Shown here: piece after piece, positions 9,261-17,930 of the stretch
Numbering within the stretch: the first letter of the stretch is position 1
How the letters are laid out: every line of letters begins with the position of its first letter
Virus record (IMG/VR): IMGVR_UViG_3300004777_000001
Span: 1-52,736 of that record
Source of the DNA: a virus
Taxonomy: Duplodnaviria > Caudoviricetes
Strand: one strand, 5' to 3'
DNA length: 52,736 bases
The notes under the pieces: model-generated
Told to the model about the DNA's origin: nothing
Database searches by the model: none
The model's input: only the letters and a program-made list of their open reading frames with translations
Position numbers and translations under genes: made by a program

Positions 9261-10059
9261 AATCAAACGCCCTATGGGGGCAGTCGTAGTTTCTGATCTG
9301 CATTGTGGATCTACTGTTGGATTATGGCCTGAAGGTCATATCACCAGTACAGGAAACCAAATAGGATTAGGAAACAATTTGCATCAACAATGGCTATGGC
9401 AATGCTGGAATGACAAAAACCAAAAAATCAAAGACCATTTTGGGAAAGATCCTTTCATACTTATTATTAATGGCGATTGTATTGAGGGTCGCCATCATGG
9501 TAGTAGCGAAATTGTTGCGGCATTGAATTACGATCATACGCTTGCGGCTATTGAATGCCTCAAGCCTTTGGCTAAAATGGCATCTGTAATCTACATGACT
9601 GCTGGCACAGAGTGTCACGTTGGAGATTGGGAAAAGATGATTGCCAGAGAAATCCATGCCCAATGGCTAGGAGACAAAGGTCTTATTGAAATTAATGGTA
9701 CGCTCATTGACATAGCCCACCATATGCCCACAAGTTCTAGGTCATATCTTGAGGCAGGAGCTATGAGCATTACTATGGGCAATGCCCGTCAGAATTACTC
9801 CCGTGTCGGGCATAGGGTTCCCAAAGTATATTTACGAGGCCATCGCCACACGGGAGGAATTTTTAATGATGGAAACGGAATCTTCATGGTAACTCCTGCA
9901 TGGCAGTTGCTCACAAGATACGGACACAAAGTAGTCGGAGATGCGATATGTCGTCCCGGCATTGGTATCCTTGATTGGAGAGGATGTGGCAAAGACGAAT
10001 TACCAGCAACCAAACTTTTGCAATATGAACCAGCAGAAACTAAACCCATCCGAAGCTGA
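9253..10059 (+). CDS. calcineurin-like metallophosphoesterase
   Basis: SDLHCG, NGD, GTECH, AHH and GHRH motifs. Confidence 0.85.
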   Translation: MIKIKRPMGAVVVSDLHCGSTVGLWPEGHITSTGNQIGLGNNLHQQWLWQCWNDKNQKIKDHFGKDPFILIINGDCIEGRHHGSSEIVAALNYDHTLAAIECLKPLAKMASVIYMTAGTECHVGDWEKMIAREIHAQWLGDKGLIEINGTLIDIAHHMPTSSRSYLEAGAMSITMGNARQNYSRVGHRVPKVYLRGHRHTGGIFNDGNGIFMVTPAWQLLTRYGHKVVGDAICRPGIGILDWRGCGKDELPATKLLQYEPAETKPIRS

Positions 10060-10291
10060 ATTAATGGCATCTGTTGCAGATGCTTGGAAGAAGGCTCTTT
10101 TGGATGATTTCGATAAAGTAGAAAAAGGTTTCTATACTGCCAATGAAATTTGCAAAATGATTGGGTGTAAAAAAACCAAAACTAGGCATTACCTGAAAAA
10201 AAAGATGAGTGAGGGGAAATGCGAATGCAAAAAATTCAAGGTAAACATCAATGGGAATATGCACATTATTCCGCATTATAGAATTTTATGA
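10025..10291 (+). CDS. putative winged-helix DNA-binding protein
   Basis: FYTANEICKMIG....TRHYL helix-turn-helix-like pattern. Confidence 0.5.
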   Translation: MNQQKLNPSEAELMASVADAWKKALLDDFDKVEKGFYTANEICKMIGCKKTKTRHYLKKKMSEGKCECKKFKVNINGNMHIIPHYRIL

Positions 10292-10665
10292 AGATTAAAG
10301 AGTTCTATTTGGATATTCCTGTTCTCAATTCTTCTTGTTGGTTTGTCTGGAATGTTACCAAAGATCACGCAAAAGATTGGCTGAAAAAGAAATTTTCTAT
10401 TGAATATGATTTTGATACCCTTGGAGTAACTACTGATGCTTGTGCAGTTCTAGGATCTATTCCAATCATCTTTATTTGTGGCTGGGCAAACAACCCAAAA
10501 TGGTTGGCAATATTAGCCCATGAATGTGTTCATGTTGCAAACTTCATCCTAAAAGAAAGAAGCATTGAAGAAAAAGAGGGGCATGACGAGATGCAAGCGT
10601 ATCTCGTTGGGCATCTTATTGAGAGCTTTTTAACAGCCCTCAAAAAGAAAAATCAGGCAAACTGA
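10288..10665 (+). CDS. HEXXH zinc metallopeptidase-like protein
   Basis: LAHECVH...DEMQAY. Confidence 0.7.
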   Translation: MKIKEFYLDIPVLNSSCWFVWNVTKDHAKDWLKKKFSIEYDFDTLGVTTDACAVLGSIPIIFICGWANNPKWLAILAHECVHVANFILKERSIEEKEGHDEMQAYLVGHLIESFLTALKKKNQAN

Positions 10666-10847
10666 AGAAGATCCCGTTGATGATGTGCAATCAACTGAAG
10701 AATTGCGAGTCCTTCAGAAGTAGCTACATGGCCCGTACCTTGGCACTTCCAGCATGGTTCCCCAATGCCTTCATCGTACCAATCACGACCAGTACCACCA
10801 CACTCATCACAGGTCTTTTCTAGTTTTGTAGTGAATTGGATATTCAT
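10653..10847 (-). CDS. DnaJ-type zinc-finger small protein
   Basis: CDECGGTG and CWKCQGTG; upstream TTGACG-17-TAGATG promoter-like element. Confidence 0.7.
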   Translation of the reverse strand: MNIQFTTKLEKTCDECGGTGRDWYDEGIGEPCWKCQGTGHVATSEGLAILQLIAHHQRDLLQFA

Positions 10848-10903
10848 ACAATGCTCCATCTATGGAATTTTTTTATTCCCGTCAATACTTTTTTAGAAAA
10901 TAA

Positions 10904-11128
10904 ATGAAAACACAAAAGGATCTCTTGGATTCAGCCATCAAACTAGCGGATGAAGGTGAGGACTATGGAGTGATTGTTGGGGATCTAGGGCCAGAGGAAA
11001 AGCTCTGGTTAAAAAACTACGTTTTGAACTTGCCTGAAGATTTGGCAAGGAAGACACTTTATGGAAGGAATGTCTGGAACAATAGGGTAGATGTCCCTAG
11101 AGGCCGAGGCAGACCTCGCAAGTATTAA
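10904..11128 (+). CDS. hypothetical protein with C-terminal AT-hook-like motif
   Basis: Ends PRGRGRPRKY. Confidence 0.65.
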   Translation: MKTQKDLLDSAIKLADEGEDYGVIVGDLGPEEKLWLKNYVLNLPEDLARKTLYGRNVWNNRVDVPRGRGRPRKY

Positions 11129-11202
11129 TACCCTGTGGTGTAATGGTAACACTAGGCTCTTTGGAAGCCTCATTCATGGTTCGAGTCCATGCAGGGTAGC
11201 CA
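11129..11202 (+). tRNA. tRNA-Gln (anticodon TTG)
   Basis: Acceptor stem TACCCTG/CAGGGTA, anticodon arm AGGCT-CTTTGGA-AGCCT, T-loop TTCGAGT, encoded CCA. Confidence 0.93.
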
Positions 11203-11254
11203 ATTGAACACGGAATTGAACACAAACCCAATCCGTGTTTAATTAATTGTTTAA

Positions 11255-11329
11255 TCCAGCATAGCTCAATGGTAGAGCGTTCGCCTGTTAAGCGAATGGT
11301 TGTAGGTTCGAATCCTACTGCTGGAGCCA
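11255..11329 (+). tRNA. tRNA-Asn (anticodon GTT)
   Basis: Acceptor stem TCCAGCA/TGCTGGA, anticodon arm TTCGC-CTGTTAA-GCGAA, T-loop TTCGAAT, encoded CCA. Confidence 0.95.
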
Positions 11330-11399
11330 CCTTTCTCCTTGCCTTTTGCCACCCCTCAAATATCCTTGTCTCGCTAGTCTAAACCAACCCATACACACA

Positions 11400-11579
11400 A
11401 TGCCAAAAAACGCCCTAGCCGAAGAAAACGAAGCCCTCAAAGACATCATCCTCAATGTCGTTGAATCCCTCCAAGCCGTCTTGGACTACATCAATGACCA
11501 AGTTGAGATCGAAGAAGTTGATGAGGACGAAGAAGATTGTGAGTCCTGCTGTTCCTGCGACAAGTGCGACAAGTATTAA
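11400..11579 (+). CDS. small acidic protein with Cys-rich tail
   Basis: MPKNALAEEN...EEVDEDEEDCESCCSCDKCDKY. Confidence 0.6.
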   Translation: MPKNALAEENEALKDIILNVVESLQAVLDYINDQVEIEEVDEDEEDCESCCSCDKCDKY

Positions 11580-11599
11580 TTAATCACCACCCAACAATC

Positions 11600-11638
11600 A
11601 CCCCATCTGGCTACGCGCTAGGTGGGGTTTTTTGTTTT
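11600..11638 (+). terminator. intrinsic terminator
   Basis: ACCCCATCTGG...CTAGGTGGGGT stem followed by a T run. Confidence 0.8.
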
Positions 11639-12027
11639 GAAAGTAAACTTTCTGTCCCTCCCAAAAGGACACATTTAATAAAATTTTCCATAGCACATCT
11701 AATAATAATCCCGATAGGGATCATTTTACCCATTAAGACACCAGATTATACCCGATATGGAACCTCCAACTCCATTACAAAACCTATGCACTTTTATACA
11801 AATGTTTAGGAATTGTATCATCATTCCCCTCATGGGTGATTATTTCTACGCGAGTTAATCAACTCACGCTTCATCTATTGCCTAAAATCTAAACAAAGAA
11901 CCCCCTTTGGCACTTGCTCTCTGGCAGAGGTGTGGGGGTAAAATCTGCTGAAGCCGCTTGCCAAGTTTCCCCACCAAGCAAGCGACCTCGTAACAGGGTT
12001 CTACACTTGTAGATCTGTCACAATATC

Positions 12028-12237
12028 CTATTCACCCCTATCTCCTTTTTCAATACCAAATGTAGCATTCTGCCACATCCTCACCTGACCAGTATTGAAA
12101 TGCTTCACACTCCCATCCTTGCACATACAAACAGTCCACACATCATTGTCAAATACCCCACTACTCTCCACATAGATAGCATACCCATCTCCAACAGGAG
12201 TCAGTACAGGCATTGGCTTCCTAAACTCGTAGATCAC
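12028..12237 (-). CDS. hypothetical conserved phage protein
   Basis: 69 aa, PVLTPVGDGYAIYV..ND.WTV; coupled to the upstream gene. Confidence 0.65.
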   Translation of the reverse strand: MIYEFRKPMPVLTPVGDGYAIYVESSGVFDNDVWTVCMCKDGSVKHFNTGQVRMWQNATFGIEKGDRGE

Positions 12238-12596
12238 CGCAAGAAAGTCAGCTTATAAATAGTTGAATCAATCAACTGGGCAATATCATCCACAAGGTTC
12301 TGGATCTCACTCTCCTCACCCAACACATACCTTTCCTCCTCCAACACAATCTTCAAGAAAGTAACATACTCTAGAGCATTCCTGTTCTCGCTAATCTCCA
12401 CAACCTGATCAGGGTAATCAATCAACTCCCCATGCCTACCCTGCCATGCCTCAATTACAGCATCCACCAAGTCAGGCATTTCCTCATAAAACTTCTGCAA
12501 TGCCTTATGCTCCGAATAGCTCAATGACCTCAAATGCAAGACATGGCCTATTGTAGCAGAGTTCAACAACGTAATCAGGAGTTCACCTTCAGTCAT
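12234..12596 (-). CDS. ferritin/Dps-like four-helix protein (DUF5856-like)
   Basis: H..HL...SYSEHKALQKFYE...LVD..IE.WQG; ends LIDSTIYKLTFL. Confidence 0.75.
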   Translation of the reverse strand: MTEGELLITLLNSATIGHVLHLRSLSYSEHKALQKFYEEMPDLVDAVIEAWQGRHGELIDYPDQVVEISENRNALEYVTFLKIVLEEERYVLGEESEIQNLVDDIAQLIDSTIYKLTFLR

Positions 12597-12636
12597 AATG
12601 AAAACACGCTACAGGGCTTTATAACCCCTGTAAAGC

Positions 12637-12852
12637 CTATTCCAAATACTTAATCGTATCACGATCCATATCACTCAACCTCGGATCTTGGATATGTTCC
12701 TTCAACAACTCCGCCAACCTCTTCCTCTCCATCTTCAACCCACCATATCCCCCCGGCTCTTTACTAACACCCAATCCCAACTTCATAGCAAGACTCCTCA
12801 ACAACATTATGCTCGGCCTAGCAAACTCTTCTGGTGGGTATCTCAATGTCAT
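12637..12852 (-). CDS. hypothetical protein
   Basis: ATG 8 nt after TTGCTT-17-TAAAGT. Confidence 0.55.
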   Translation of the reverse strand: MTLRYPPEEFARPSIMLLRSLAMKLGLGVSKEPGGYGGLKMERKRLAELLKEHIQDPRLSDMDRDTIKYLE

Positions 12853-13034
12853 GTTCGTACACTTTATCAATCTCTATTCTATTAAGCAAGTTAAAAGGAT
12901 CTTTCAAAGAAGGAAACTCCAGAATAAGGATTTTTTTTCAGAAGTGCATGTCGCACATCACCGCCATATAAACTGGTGTGGGTAGGGACTCCCACCACCC
13001 GATTAGGATCTCCATAGGATTTCACGATCTCTCA

Positions 13035-13586
13035 CTAGTCGTCGAGCGTCTCAACCTTCGCATCAATGACCGGAGCAGGAGAAGGGAGCGCACCTTGAGC
13101 AGATCCGAGGATCGGTTGAGAAGATAGTGTTATGAGGTAGAGGAACGGGTTGTTTGCTTGTGGCTCCCTGTCAGCATAGAAGTCGCCAGCCAGTTTAGAA
13201 TCCAGTTCCAACGCTCGGAGCTTGTCTACTGCTTTCACCTTGCGACTCGTTCCCTCCTTGCCCTCGGTGATCGTCACCTCTTGCGCAAGATTAGATCCCT
13301 CGTGCAACTCACCGACCGGAGTGCGTAAAACCTTAGCTAACCATGCTCGTTTCTCGGCGTAAGACAACGCTTCACGAGAGAACGCTTTTTCACGGAGTTT
13401 CCTAATCTCCTTCTGTATTCTCTCACTCTTAAGGAGTCTGATCCCGTTTGCTCCGTGTCCTTCGATAGTTGGGCAGACATAGCCCGCTTTCCTGTGTGAC
13501 TGGGCAATGTTGCCCGCAGTTTCGCCTTGCGTGAATAGCTGACAGAACTTCTTTTGGCGCGAGTTTAGGTCTCTTTGGCGTGGCAT
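13035..13586 (-). CDS. terS: terminase small subunit
   Basis: LNSRQKKFC..GNIAQS.RKAGY..RLLK..IQ HTH, and DKLRALEL..KLAG. Confidence 0.85.
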   Translation of the reverse strand: MPRQRDLNSRQKKFCQLFTQGETAGNIAQSHRKAGYVCPTIEGHGANGIRLLKSERIQKEIRKLREKAFSREALSYAEKRAWLAKVLRTPVGELHEGSNLAQEVTITEGKEGTSRKVKAVDKLRALELDSKLAGDFYADREPQANNPFLYLITLSSQPILGSAQGALPSPAPVIDAKVETLDD

Positions 13587-13594
13587 AGTTTGAG

Positions 13595-13624
13595 AGAGTA
13601 GCCTTGAAAGAGATAATCTGTCAA
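13595..13624 (-). promoter_or_regulatory. promoter for terS
   Basis: TTGACA-18-TACTCT, 8 nt before ATG. Confidence 0.55.
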
Positions 13625-13984
13625 CCTAGCCCCTTTTGATGCCCCTTCGCTTTGCTTCGGGGTGACTCGGCTTCGCCTCGCCCCTCCGGGGTTGGCTTCG
13701 CCAATCGGACGGGGTTTGATTGGCTTTTATGGTCGAGAGACTAGGAAAGCAAAGGAGCGAAAGAAGGAGCTTTCAGCCTTGAGCGAATAAGGCAGCCCGT
13801 ATAGGGGATTATTAAGGGGATTTTCCGACACCTTGTCAAGACTTTTCTGCTTGTCTTGCGTAGATTATCCTTGTCCTTTTATGTCTTGCAAGTGTCTTAC
13901 GATTGTCTTGCAGTGTAAAATATCTTACAAAGCACAACGGCTAGAGCCTCATTCTATGGGCATGAAAAAAGAATAAAATATCTT

Positions 13985-14013
13985 TTGACATTCTTTCAAG
14001 GTAGTGGCATTAT
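13985..14013 (+). promoter_or_regulatory. strong early promoter, leaderless start
   Basis: A-rich UP element, TTGACA-17-CATTAT, ATG 7 nt downstream (14021). Confidence 0.75.
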
Positions 14014-14020
14014 GGTTTCC

Positions 14021-14260
14021 ATGAATTCTTCCGTTTCTTTTCACTCCGTATTCGATGGCGTCCCCGTGTATCGTCTAAAAGGCCTCGGGTCTTGCATGGA
14101 TGGAGGATCCTCTTGGATTACTTGCAGCATGAAATTTCGCACCCTTAAAGATTGCAAGGCATGGATTTCAAACCCTCCCGCTGGTTTCGAATGGTCTCCC
14201 GAAAGAGCTAGGAAGGATTATCTTCTAACAATTTCCTCCACGATCCCCGTGAAGGATTAA
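14021..14260 (+). CDS. early hypothetical protein
   Basis: First ORF after the early promoter. Confidence 0.55.
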   Translation: MNSSVSFHSVFDGVPVYRLKGLGSCMDGGSSWITCSMKFRTLKDCKAWISNPPAGFEWSPERARKDYLLTISSTIPVKD

Positions 14261-14444
14261 ACAACCCACACAAACAAAACCATGCTAACCCCATATCAAC
14301 AACGAATCGCTTGGAATATCTACGGAGATTGGAAACTGGAAAACCTTCTCTTTATTTCCAATAACCCGAAAAGCAATCCCAAGGTCAAAAAGGCCGTCCG
14401 TTTCGTTCTTTCGATCCGGAACAAATAACCAAAAAAAGGAGAAT

Positions 14445-14687
14445 ATGAAAAAAATTAAGATACTCCCCGCAGGGGGAAACATCATGGAACATCCGCTTTA
14501 CTATAAGCGAATCATGGCGGGGGAAGATGTCTCCTTTTTGACTCATGCAGTAATTGACGGAAAATATGCCTGCAAAATCTCCGGAAAATACCTATGCCAC
14601 GATGAAAGCTTGCTAGATCAAAACGGATTGCCCACTTGCCCGACTTGCGCCAAAGCAGTTGTTAAAGCGCGAAAAAACAACTTTTAA
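14445..14687 (+). CDS. early hypothetical protein, Cys-rich
   Basis: GGAG before ATG; H..C..CPTC. Confidence 0.55.
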   Translation: MKKIKILPAGGNIMEHPLYYKRIMAGEDVSFLTHAVIDGKYACKISGKYLCHDESLLDQNGLPTCPTCAKAVVKARKNNF

Positions 14688-14714
14688 CCCAACCCCAACA
14701 CCAAAGGAGACGCC

Positions 14715-15155
14715 ATGAAAAGCACACGATGGACAAAGCAGATGAGGAAAGAACACTTCTACAAGGTTCTTTCTAGTTTCGGATTCTCACACGATGAGAC
14801 AAGCCAACTCTTGAGGGTCGAAAAAGGCCTTTCCCGTTGGCACGAGTTAGAATGTGGAACCGGAACGGACAAACGATCCGAAAGCGTAGAACGCGACGAG
14901 GTGACAGGGAAACCTTTTATGCGCATACAATGGAGAGACCACAACGGAACATGGAGAGAAAACCGATACCCAACACCAGACAGGGAAAAGGGATTGCATA
15001 AGAAACTCGCATCCCTTTTCGAGGGTAAATCCGTTCGACCCTACATACAAGGAGATTGCCGAGGATGCGCCGTCTATATCATCCGACCAAATGACATCCC
15101 AGAGGGTGAAAGCGTCCATGCTTTCTACTCCCGAGGGATCCCCGTTTGCTTCTAA
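14715..15155 (+). CDS. early hypothetical protein
   Basis: 146 aa; AGGAG upstream; LSRWHELECG and YIQGDCRG. Confidence 0.7.
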   Translation: MKSTRWTKQMRKEHFYKVLSSFGFSHDETSQLLRVEKGLSRWHELECGTGTDKRSESVERDEVTGKPFMRIQWRDHNGTWRENRYPTPDREKGLHKKLASLFEGKSVRPYIQGDCRGCAVYIIRPNDIPEGESVHAFYSRGIPVCF

Positions 15156-15174
15156 CCTTAACCAACTCCCGACC

Positions 15175-15393
15175 ATGCTTCATACATACACATACACAAG
15201 CCAAGGACACATACGAGACGCTTTCTGGGATGCTTTCCCGCACCACTGGGAAAACGAAAAGAAACGCAAAAGCATCACAAAAGGACACAATGCAAAGACC
15301 GCAGAATGCCGTCAGGATTTTTGCAACTTCATCGACCAACTAGAAAGAAGCGGAGAAATCTCCGAAGCACTCGCCCAACGTGTCACCCTCTAA
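15175..15393 (+). CDS. early hypothetical protein
   Basis: Ends F.NFIDQLERSGEISEALAQRVTL. Confidence 0.6.
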   Translation: MLHTYTYTSQGHIRDAFWDAFPHHWENEKKRKSITKGHNAKTAECRQDFCNFIDQLERSGEISEALAQRVTL

Positions 15394-15543
15394 AACCTAC
15401 CCCATGAAATACCAGAAAAGCCCCGCCCTTATAGCCTACAAGCGCGAAAAGCAGACCCGTCAGCTAGTCCTGCTGTCCTGCCTATTCCTTGCAATCCTTG
15501 CGGCCCTTGTCGCCCGTCTCGCCTACCTTGCCACATATTGAAC

Positions 15544-15738
15544 ATGAAAGAATATACAAACCACGAAAAGGGAATTACCTCCCTTGTTTGGGAAATGGAA
15601 AAGGGAATTGCCGTTGCCCTCCGAGACGATGATTCAGGGGAAACGCTCGACCACGTAACCATATTTCCGCACAAGATGGAAAACGCCCACCACAAAGCAA
15701 ATTCCCACGCCTTAAAAATCGCCAACCTTAACCCGTAA
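15544..15738 (+). CDS. early hypothetical protein
   Basis: ORF in tightly packed early cluster. Confidence 0.55.
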   Translation: MKEYTNHEKGITSLVWEMEKGIAVALRDDDSGETLDHVTIFPHKMENAHHKANSHALKIANLNP

Positions 15739-15761
15739 CCCACAACACCGAAGGAGAGCCA

Positions 15762-15950
15762 ATGAAAAAAGAATACGCAATACAGAATAAAGAAGGGCTT
15801 TATTATCGAGGGTCTTGCTATGGAGATGAGCGAGACTGGACGGATTGCCCCATGCAAGTTTTCGGATACACAAAAGAGGGCGCAGAATATCGTTGTGACT
15901 GCTTTCCTCAAATGTTCTTTGAATGCGAAATCGTAAAACCTCAATTTTAA
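15762..15950 (+). CDS. early hypothetical protein
   Basis: AGGAG upstream; 62 aa. Confidence 0.55.
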   Translation: MKKEYAIQNKEGLYYRGSCYGDERDWTDCPMQVFGYTKEGAEYRCDCFPQMFFECEIVKPQF

Positions 15951-15960
15951 GGAACAACCC

Positions 15961-16152
15961 ATGAAAAAAGTAACACTCCGAGAACCCGTCACCTTTTGGA
16001 CCGATAGGATCGCGCCTTATAGCGTCACCATGAAAGCAGGAGAAGATCTTTTTCTCCTGCTGGATGAAGGGGAAAAATTACTTGTCTCCCTGTCAGCAGA
16101 ACCAACCGCAGGGGATTCCCGATGGATCAGCCGTGAACTTGTCAACCTATGA
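15961..16152 (+). CDS. early hypothetical protein
   Basis: 63 aa in early cluster. Confidence 0.55.
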   Translation: MKKVTLREPVTFWTDRIAPYSVTMKAGEDLFLLLDEGEKLLVSLSAEPTAGDSRWISRELVNL

Positions 16153-16285
16153 AACATAACCCCGCCGACCAGTTCCAACTTATCCCAGAGGATCAGATGC
16201 CTTTCAACCTAGCAGGGCAGACCCTACCACCAGAACATCAGCAGACAACCCAGCCCGAACCCGAACCACAACCCGACTTGATACC

Positions 16286-16594
16286 ATGAAAACAGAAGCC
16301 CCTTTGACCCTGAAAGAAGCAAACGAGATCCACGCCGAATGGATGAAACTACCCGCCGACATTGACCGCAGGAAGCTGGACGAATGGACGCGAACAAGGT
16401 GGAACCGCTTGCCCGATTCTTATCTGTCAATCTGCGAAGATGGAACCGCCGCCGCCATCATTTACAAGGGCCAAGCATTGACGCGGGCCTTCCCGATACA
16501 GGAGCAAATCGTTTACGCCAGAAGCAAAGGCATCCAGACCCGCTTCGCATGGAACGGAACAGAAGGAAAGTTTGAAGAAATCGCCCCATACTAA
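16286..16594 (+). CDS. early hypothetical protein
   Basis: 102 aa; ATGA-coupled. Confidence 0.6.
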   Translation: MKTEAPLTLKEANEIHAEWMKLPADIDRRKLDEWTRTRWNRLPDSYLSICEDGTAAAIIYKGQALTRAFPIQEQIVYARSKGIQTRFAWNGTEGKFEEIAPY

Positions 16595-16602
16595 CCGCCG
16601 CC

Positions 16603-16788
16603 ATGACCACGCAAACCACGCCACAAACGCCCACAAATGCCCTTGCAATCGTCCCACAAGGCGACCATTGGCAAGTGATCCCGCCGCCGCGAACTCTCAC
16701 CCTAGAGGAACGCTTGCAACGTCTGATCGACCTTTGCGAACGCTCCGCGAAACTAGCCGACGAAATCGCCGCATCCCTGAATAAGTAA
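16603..16788 (+). CDS. early hypothetical protein
   Basis: 61 aa in cluster. Confidence 0.5.
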   Translation: MTTQTTPQTPTNALAIVPQGDHWQVIPPPRTLTLEERLQRLIDLCERSAKLADEIAASLNK

Positions 16789-16790
16789 CC

Positions 16791-17039
16791 ATGAAATCAA
16801 ACACCGCCGCCTTTCAGGAAACCGCCGCATTACTGGCGAACATTGAACCGCTTCTCTTCACGGAAATAAAAACCGCCGAACATCATGGCCTGAACCAGAT
16901 CAAAATCTCCCTTGCCAGAGCAAAGGAGATCCACCGCATGACCATCATCCTTGAGAAAAGACTCAAAAACATCCTTGCAACCGCCGCCGCCGTCAACGAT
17001 TCTACAGAACGCAGACTCAACCACATATTCAACCTCTAA
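16791..17039 (+). CDS. early hypothetical protein
   Basis: 82 aa in cluster. Confidence 0.55.
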   Translation: MKSNTAAFQETAALLANIEPLLFTEIKTAEHHGLNQIKISLARAKEIHRMTIILEKRLKNILATAAAVNDSTERRLNHIFNL

Positions 17040-17052
17040 CACCGCCGAAACC

Positions 17053-17259
17053 ATGAACACCAATCCCAATATTGAAGAAGAAGAGTCAGGTTACATTAAT
17101 GGACACCTAGTAAAAGATCACCGAAGATTCTGTGAACTTGTAAATATCCTGTCAGCCGATTTTGTTGTCCACGATGTTCTCCTGCATCTTATGGATCACG
17201 ACGACATGAAACTCCTAATTGATTTAATGGAACAACGCTTGCCAGAATCTAGTAATTAA
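17053..17259 (+). CDS. early hypothetical protein
   Basis: MNTNPNIEEE... Confidence 0.5.
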   Translation: MNTNPNIEEEESGYINGHLVKDHRRFCELVNILSADFVVHDVLLHLMDHDDMKLLIDLMEQRLPESSN

Positions 17260-17273
17260 ACCAAACCGCCGCC

Positions 17274-17477
17274 ATGAGATACAATTACACTTGCCACAAT
17301 GAAGAATGTGAACACGATTTTGAAGTTCGCTTCACGCTGTCAACTCCGAACCGATATATGCACGGACGAATGGAGGATGCAGAACAGGGATCAGGAGCAG
17401 AATGCGATCCTTGTGAATGCCCTGAATGCGGATGCGAAGTCGATGTTGAGGAAGTAGCAGAATATCTTGAGGACTAA
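17274..17477 (+). CDS. zinc-ribbon protein (FmdB-like)
   Basis: YNYTC..EECEHDFEV...CPECG. Confidence 0.6.
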   Translation: MRYNYTCHNEECEHDFEVRFTLSTPNRYMHGRMEDAEQGSGAECDPCECPECGCEVDVEEVAEYLED

Positions 17478-17665
17478 TCCTATGAATCCACTCTACCGAC
17501 CCTGCATCCCCTATATCTGGATTATGCTGGACAGGCTCCGCCGCCGCAACCTAATAGGAACTCCCCGATACCAGAGATCATTCTACCCCGCAAAAAACCC
17601 TTAAAATTTCCTTGCAGATGATAAACGCCCGTGCAAGAATCAACGCTCACCTTAACTACTGGAAC

Positions 17666-17866
17666 ATGACAACTACCGAAACCGCAACCACCGAACCTGT
17701 AACTGAAGTAAACAAGGAGAAAGAGAATGTCTTTTTAGGCTTGTATTTTCCCTCCGACCTAAAGGCCAAAGTCGCCGCCGCCGCCAAAGCAGATGAGCGA
17801 TCCATGAGTCAGTTTGCAGTCCGAGTCTTTAAGAACTATTTCGACAATAACCCTGTAACGCAATGA
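17666..17866 (+). CDS. Arc-like ribbon-helix-helix regulator
   Basis: FLGLYFPSDLKAKVAAAAKADERSMSQFAVRVF. Confidence 0.7.
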   Translation: MTTTETATTEPVTEVNKEKENVFLGLYFPSDLKAKVAAAAKADERSMSQFAVRVFKNYFDNNPVTQ

Positions 17867-17930
17867 GTCCGAGATTCTACGCAAGCGCGATTTTGATTTC
17901 AATCCTCATAACTTTAGCTATTCTGTTTCG

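Noticed and set aside
11202-11215. 13-bp match AATTGAACACGGA with about 23568 as an att site
   Set aside because: Short, no integrase present, and the first copy is part of a spacer hairpin between the tRNAs.
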